This document shows, one piece after another, positions 26,001 through 29,887 of a DNA stretch of 29,887 nt. Source of the DNA: Candidatus Sysuiplasma jiujiangense. GTDB taxonomy: Archaea > Thermoplasmatota > Thermoplasmata > Sysuiplasmatales > Sysuiplasmataceae. The position numbers and the translations under genes were made by a program. Position 1 is the first letter of the stretch. Every line of letters starts with the position of its first letter. Under the pieces are notes generated by a model, which was given only the letters and a program-made list of their open reading frames with translations, ran no database searches and was not told the origin of the DNA. The DNA lies in contig JAHEAD010000009.1 of the NCBI GenBank assembly GCA_019721075.1, positions 1-29,887 on the forward strand. The letters are read 5' to 3'.

Positions 26001-26778
26001 CCAGAACGATGAGTTTCTCGGTAATCTGCCCCTTCTTTCTGTACTCCACCTCTGCATAATCCATATCGGGGTGCACTGCGACTGCCATGTTGGCAACCAG
26101 TGTCCAGGGAGTGGTCGTCCAGATGAGCAGCGAATAATCGCTGTCCTTCAGGGGAAAGCGGACATAAATGCTCGGATCTTCTTTCTCGACGTACTCTATC
26201 TCCGCCTCTGCAAGCGCTGTTCCGCATCTGTAACACCACTGGGTGCTCCTCTCGCCAAGGAACAGGAGTCCGGCATCCATTGCCTTTTTGAGAGTCAACC
26301 ATGCCGTCTCGGTGAATGAGCGCTCGATTGTCATGTACGGCTTGTCCCAGTCCATCCAGACACCCAGACGCCTGAACTGCTGCGTCATATTGTTGAGATT
26401 CTTAAGCGCGAATTTTCTGCATTCGGAGACAAACCTGTCAATGCCAATCTTCTCTATATCCTTCTTTGTCTTTATGCCGAACGACTTCTCGACGTTGACT
26501 TCAATGGGAAGGCCATGCATGTCCCAGCCCGGCTGATCGCGGACATTGTAGCCGTTCATCCGCCAGAAGCGTATCCTCAGATCCTTGAGCGACTTGTTCA
26601 GGGCGGTGCCCGCGTGGATGTCGCCGGTAGTGTACGGAGGCCCGTCCAGAAAATAAATTTTCTGTCCTTCGCTGCGCATGCTTTTGAGCTTGCCGTAAAT
26701 GTCGCTGTTTGACCAGTATTCGGCTATTTCCCTTTCCACCTTGGCGGGATCGTAATTTCCTTCAGCTTTCTTTATCAT
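23068..26778 (-). CDS. ileS: Isoleucine--tRNA ligase (archaeal/type 2) with C-terminal DUF835-like domain
   Basis: DGPPY..G.IHAGT, GWDMHGLPIE, WTTTPWTL, GLVHTAPGHG, DWCISRQRFWG, DVWFDSG, DQTRGWF, QMHKSLGN. Start placed at ATG 26778 (GGTG RBS); 26790 also possible. Confidence 0.96.
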   Translation of the reverse strand: MIKKAEGNYDPAKVEREIAEYWSNSDIYGKLKSMRSEGQKIYFLDGPPYTTGDIHAGTALNKSLKDLRIRFWRMNGYNVRDQPGWDMHGLPIEVNVEKSFGIKTKKDIEKIGIDRFVSECRKFALKNLNNMTQQFRRLGVWMDWDKPYMTIERSFTETAWLTLKKAMDAGLLFLGERSTQWCYRCGTALAEAEIEYVEKEDPSIYVRFPLKDSDYSLLIWTTTPWTLVANMAVAVHPDMDYAEVEYRKKGQITEKLIVLEQKAEEIGSLSDQEEYEIVRVMKGSDLVGKAYTFPLEGFAKKGKEGEWSWKVIPSDSVELEYTGLVHTAPGHGPEDFNLGKKFNLDIYCPVLDDGTYSDDAGKDISRKRVSQCNDLIIGELKRTGLLYYSGRIKHRYGNCWRCKTPIIYRSTMQWYIRATELRERMLEEINRIKWVPDWAGSSRQAEWARNLKDWCISRQRFWGTPIPVWRCAKCSSERLISSVSELSGGRNYVEGMDLHRPSIDAVVFKCEKCGGEMNRVPDVLDVWFDSGICSWASLNYNADRKEFDIWWPGKWITEAGDQTRGWFNSQIATSLIMFNRAPFESALLHGWVNDSRGRQMHKSLGNVVDPMEVIESDGADALRFYILGSRAPWDDISFQQDGPKNARKTLNILWNVYNFASTYMSLDNFKSSPVDWKALAGSLKIEDRWILSKTQSVIGDATGLIDALEVHKALRSIDDFIVEDLSRWYVRMVRDRTWTEEESREKAETYTVLHYVLTAVSKLLAPFTPFISEEIFRAMNPEALSVHLSTWPEVIDVLRDAKLEADMVLARQIVEAVLKSRQETGMKLRWPLSRIVIKPVDDSNRKSIGRMLDIIEKQCNAKSSKLLQPAQEWEELVLTVVPDPNAIGKVYRQWSGKIAMMLKIRPAAEVINGIKGGSYSLGIEGQTIKIEENMVSFSYTLPRNVAQIDLPFATVYVDFNMDRKLELESLSREVMRRIQKMRKEMGLNVDEYVHAQIATSGSLLEAIVEWNSVISSECRIGSLEIVANAAGELKEAWKIDRNDLVIALSRTKAAAQPEAAQPAQEKSAAETAPEQQAPAATEEDETFVIESGETYAIFEDKPDKGMAIFRSAMESGLNGFLITREFPEKLEKKYGVSNCRIIWLTAVGGKNAVKPSDLETISLQVNDFFSKDSGIAFIDGTEYLISNNTFASVVRLIQYLKDTAAKSKSILLLSVNPESMNEKDLKVLQKEVDKII

Positions 26779-26856
26779 CGAAAGCACCATCGACTTTCTA
26801 ACCACTACAGGGCTTCTGTATTTAATTATCACCCATTGAGTTAGCCTTTCTGACCT

Positions 26857-27873
26857 TCACATCCACCGGTCAAGGCTTTCCTGCGAGCCGATATCGGCAG
26901 AAGCAAGGCTTTCGACCGCCTGAAGCACATTGCTCTCCGAGAATTCATGCTCCCTGCAAAGGAAACTGATGAGCCCGTCTCTGTCCGGACGCCTCCATCT
27001 TAGCGCATAGCTTTCTATGAATTTCGGCTTCAGAAAAATCGAACGGACATCCTTGACATTGTCCTGCCCAATCTCTTCAATAAAAGGTGTGTTTTCTATA
27101 GCCCCTTTTTCCTTTATGAGCTTGAGGGCCTTCTTTGGCCCTATTCCAGACACGCCTTCGTTGAAATCCGTTCCTACAAGTATCGCAATGTCGACAAGCT
27201 GATCGCGCGTGATATCTAGTTTCCTCAGCGTTTCCTCGAGATACATGATTTCAACGCTCACTTCTCTGAACGCCTTCCTTCCAGGCATCTTTCTCCTGTT
27301 TGAAAGCGTCAGGTTTCTTACGCATCTCGGAGCGCCAAAAAGCAGGCTGTCAAAATCCTGGGAGCCTATGGCCCACACATCGCCCCTTGCCGCCATGACG
27401 CTTGCCTGCGCTTCCCCGTCTTCAGGGGCGGTGAGGAACGGTATGCCCATCAGTTCGAGGATTCTCATGGACTCCGTTATTATCTGTTCGTTGAGTCTGG
27501 TGGTCTGCATGGCGAAGCTGTAAGCTTTTTCCATGTCCTTTTTTTCTAGCGCCTCCCTGTATTTGGCCTCAGCAGCCATCTTTGACTCTTTCCTCTTCTC
27601 AAGCGTCTTTGCCTTCATGCTGTTAGGTATGCCATCGAAGACGTACACAGGCCGTATACCTGCGAGAAGCAGCCTGGCATTTCTGTGGAGGAGTCCTATC
27701 AGATGTGAAGTCGGCCTGCCGTCTTTATCCGAAAGTGGTCTTCCGTCCAGCTGCCGGATAGCCGAAACAAACTGGTAGATTGCATTGTACGCGTCAATTG
27801 CAATTACCCGTCCCCTGAGCGATTCGAGGTCTATTTCGCTCCTTTCCACAATTGAAGCAATATTGACGCCCAA
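26857..27873 (-). CDS. fen: Flap endonuclease-1
   Basis: MGV start (TTG), AIDAYN.IYQF..IRQ.DG, VFDG, GEAQA, SQDFDSLLFGAP, GTDFNEG..GIGPKKA, C-terminal PIP box QESLDRW. Confidence 0.97.
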   Translation of the reverse strand: MGVNIASIVERSEIDLESLRGRVIAIDAYNAIYQFVSAIRQLDGRPLSDKDGRPTSHLIGLLHRNARLLLAGIRPVYVFDGIPNSMKAKTLEKRKESKMAAEAKYREALEKKDMEKAYSFAMQTTRLNEQIITESMRILELMGIPFLTAPEDGEAQASVMAARGDVWAIGSQDFDSLLFGAPRCVRNLTLSNRRKMPGRKAFREVSVEIMYLEETLRKLDITRDQLVDIAILVGTDFNEGVSGIGPKKALKLIKEKGAIENTPFIEEIGQDNVKDVRSIFLKPKFIESYALRWRRPDRDGLISFLCREHEFSESNVLQAVESLASADIGSQESLDRWM

Positions 27874-27890
27874 AGCATTTCACTTCATTG

Positions 27891-28064
27891 TCAATGGCTC
27901 TTTGTTTCGCTCCCGTAAAACGTGAATACGACCGCAAGGGTATATGTCAGCAGTATTATGATGAAGAGTATGTTGACGTTGAAATAGACAAAAAGCACAA
28001 AGAGCACTGCCGGAATAATCACACCGAGCAGCACATACAATCCGTTTTCCAGTTTCCTGCTCAT
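27891..28064 (-). CDS. Small two-helix membrane protein (57 aa, not in ORF track)
   Basis: Manual translation: MSRKLENGLYVLLGVIIPAVLFVLFVYFNVNILFIIILLTYTLAVVFTFYGSETKSH. It fills the gap co-directionally and ends 17 nt before fen. Confidence 0.65.
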   Translation of the reverse strand: MSRKLENGLYVLLGVIIPAVLFVLFVYFNVNILFIIILLTYTLAVVFTFYGSETKSH

Positions 28065-28116
28065 AAGATCCTGCGCTCCATTTTATCTGGTCTGAGTACT
28101 TAATAATTGCCGGTGT

Positions 28117-28998
28117 TCACAGGTAGCCGGATTTCTGGAGAAGCATGATATCCTCGGTGCTCAATTTTTCACCCTTCTTGAATCGTTCAAACACTTCCTG
28201 CGCCTCCCTGTTTACCCTTTCCATGTCTTCCATGCCGTACGGTCTCTTGAGTTTCTGCCTTATGCCGTAGAGGAGTTTGTCATAGTCGTGGACCTGGTGG
28301 ATTGCTTCAATATGCTTCCTGTGTTCCTCGTCGGCCTTAATCTTTGCCTCCACGAATTTTGCCTGGAATTCGTCGGCCCTTTTCCTCACTTCATCGGCGG
28401 TATCATACAGCTCCATCATACGATCATGCTCATTCTGTGCCTCTTCTGCAAGCTCCGACACCCGCCTATGAAATTCTTCTGCCTTGTCCCTGGCCTCGTT
28501 CACCTGCTTGAAAAGCTCAGAATATTTCGGGTTTGCCTGCAGGGATGACTCCCTCTTCCTGATCTCTGTCTGCACTTTTGACATCTGTTCCACGATTTCC
28601 TTTTCCTTTTCCGGCGTGAGAACAGATGTCATCTGCTTGAATTCGAGTGCTTTCAGATCCCGTTTAAGTTTTGAAATGGGGGCGCCTGTCCTGGGCGACA
28701 TGGTACGCCGCAGTTCGACGAGTTCTGCGGCAAGATCCGTGTACTTTTTGTTCCATATCTCCCTCTGCTCCTTTGCCTCCTTCACCTGCTCGTTAAGTTC
28801 GTCCCTTCGTCTTTTGTGCTCCCCGGCCTCCTCAATGAGTTTGCGCACCTCGCTGTTATGTTTGTCTCTCTGATCGGCAAATTGCCTTGTAACATCGTTC
28901 AGCTCATCCCTGCTTTTCCTTCTGCGTTCCGCTTCGAGATTGAGCAAATCTCTTTTCTGTTCTATTTCTTCAACAGAAATCTCTTCGGCTTCCAACAA
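28117..28998 (-). CDS. Archaeal coiled-coil protein (COG1340-like)
   Basis: E/K/R-rich heptads, RDELN repeats, LEFKQMTSVLTPEKEKE, ADEEH, FKKGEKLSTEDIMLLQ. GGGAGTG RBS precedes the TTG start. Confidence 0.88.
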   Translation of the reverse strand: MLEAEEISVEEIEQKRDLLNLEAERRRKSRDELNDVTRQFADQRDKHNSEVRKLIEEAGEHKRRRDELNEQVKEAKEQREIWNKKYTDLAAELVELRRTMSPRTGAPISKLKRDLKALEFKQMTSVLTPEKEKEIVEQMSKVQTEIRKRESSLQANPKYSELFKQVNEARDKAEEFHRRVSELAEEAQNEHDRMMELYDTADEVRKRADEFQAKFVEAKIKADEEHRKHIEAIHQVHDYDKLLYGIRQKLKRPYGMEDMERVNREAQEVFERFKKGEKLSTEDIMLLQKSGYL

Positions 28999-29267
28999 TA
29001 CACTCCCTGGCGCCTAGGGCACAGAACAACGTTTATTATGCACATATAAATAAGATTTGCCTACAGGCTTTTGCATCCAAAAATCCAATCTGCTTCCGCT
29101 TCCAAAATCAAATAGGACAGAGATGAACCGGTCATCAGGTCTCTATCCCTGGGCAAGACGGCGCAGCGGTTGAATACAGAATTAAATTGAAATACTGCCG
29201 CGACTCCTAATCATTTTTAGTGCAGGAACTGGTATTGGGGAAGATTTCAATTACCGGGCAGGAAGGC

Positions 29268-29296
29268 TGAATCAGCTCTTTGAATCAGCTCTTTGA
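29268..29296. repeat. 13-bp tandem duplication (TGAATCAGCTCTT x2 + TGA)
   Basis: Identical units at 29268-29280 and 29281-29293. Confidence 0.85.
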
Positions 29297-29881
29297 CTTG
29301 TCCAGATCTTCCGCTCTCTTCATGTAGTGGGCGGAATTGACTTCATGCGTTCTCTGTTTCTGCAGATACGCGATCGATTTCTGCTTCAGCCTGGTTGCCT
29401 TCTCTGTCAGGGACGCGGCCTTTGCCAGATAGTTGTTGGCCTGTTTCTGGAGTTTTGCCTCCTCATGCTCAAGTCTTGTGATCTTCATATCCCTGTCATC
29501 TGCATTGGGCGCAGAACCAGCAGCGCCCTGACTGTTGCTCCCGGCCGGAGAATTCCGCAGGTCTGCGGCCGATTTTCCTTTTGTCTTCGCCTGTTCCTGA
29601 ATGGCAGTGGCCTCCTGTCTCAACTGGTTTGCCTTGTGAAGCATGGCCGCCGCCCTCTTTTCGGCTTTCTTTGATTTGAGAAGGAATTTCGATGCTTTGT
29701 TCCTGTGCCTCATACCTTTGGATCTGAGCTTGGCTACCTGCCGGTGGATGTCGGCATTGTGTTTCGCCCTGGCCATGTCGTAAATGTTGTTATCCTGATC
29801 TGTATATTCCGCTGAAATGGCATCCCCGCCGCCTGTGACCTTGTTTGAATCACCATCGCCGCCTGACTGATTGCCTGACAT
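29285..29881 (-). CDS. Hypothetical basic coiled-coil protein (possibly 5'-partial)
   Basis: 198-aa ORF with K/A/Q/R-rich helices split by a G/S/A/P linker. The frame stays open to the window edge. Confidence 0.7.
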   Translation of the reverse strand: MSGNQSGGDGDSNKVTGGGDAISAEYTDQDNNIYDMARAKHNADIHRQVAKLRSKGMRHRNKASKFLLKSKKAEKRAAAMLHKANQLRQEATAIQEQAKTKGKSAADLRNSPAGSNSQGAAGSAPNADDRDMKITRLEHEEAKLQKQANNYLAKAASLTEKATRLKQKSIAYLQKQRTHEVNSAHYMKRAEDLDKSKS

Positions 29882-29887
29882 ATCTGA

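Noticed and set aside
24970..26620. IleRS signature variants HAGT and QMHKS as signs of inactivation
   Set aside because: HxGT and xMHKS variants occur in archaeal IleRS, and all other motifs are intact.
1..29887. CRISPR array, rRNA, provirus or integrase
   Set aside because: No regularly spaced repeats, rRNA-like sequence or viral/integrase ORFs were seen.

Overview
Archaeal chromosomal segment, most likely Thermoplasmatota (inferred from the PPAT-ITPase fusion, the rpoE1-spt4-DUF359-rps24e-rps27ae operon, archaeal dys/fen/hmgA and BHB-type tRNA introns). It is mostly housekeeping: a 5'-truncated transposase, dys, a DUF2116-like Zn-ribbon gene, PPAT/ITPase, pheT, proC, two solitary DNA methyltransferases, a glycerate-kinase-family gene, hmgA, a GNAT, an ABC-ATPase remnant, an orphan GAF histidine kinase, purE/purK, sua5, a K+-independent H+-PPase, the rpoE1 operon, a swivel-domain/Nudix fusion, ileS, fen and coiled-coil proteins. 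There are three tRNA genes. Most notable: (1) tRNA-Arg(CCG) carrying two introns, one at non-canonical T-loop position 59/60 with a strict BHB motif; (2) IleRS fused via an Ala/Gln/Pro linker to a DUF835-like domain; (3) an intron-containing tRNA-Ser(TGA) whose first 10 nt are the last codons and stop of pheT; (4) small ORFs, including a very basic 26-aa ORF behind a clear promoter upstream of rpoE1. No CRISPR array or rRNA was seen. All family assignments are from motif recognition, not database searches.
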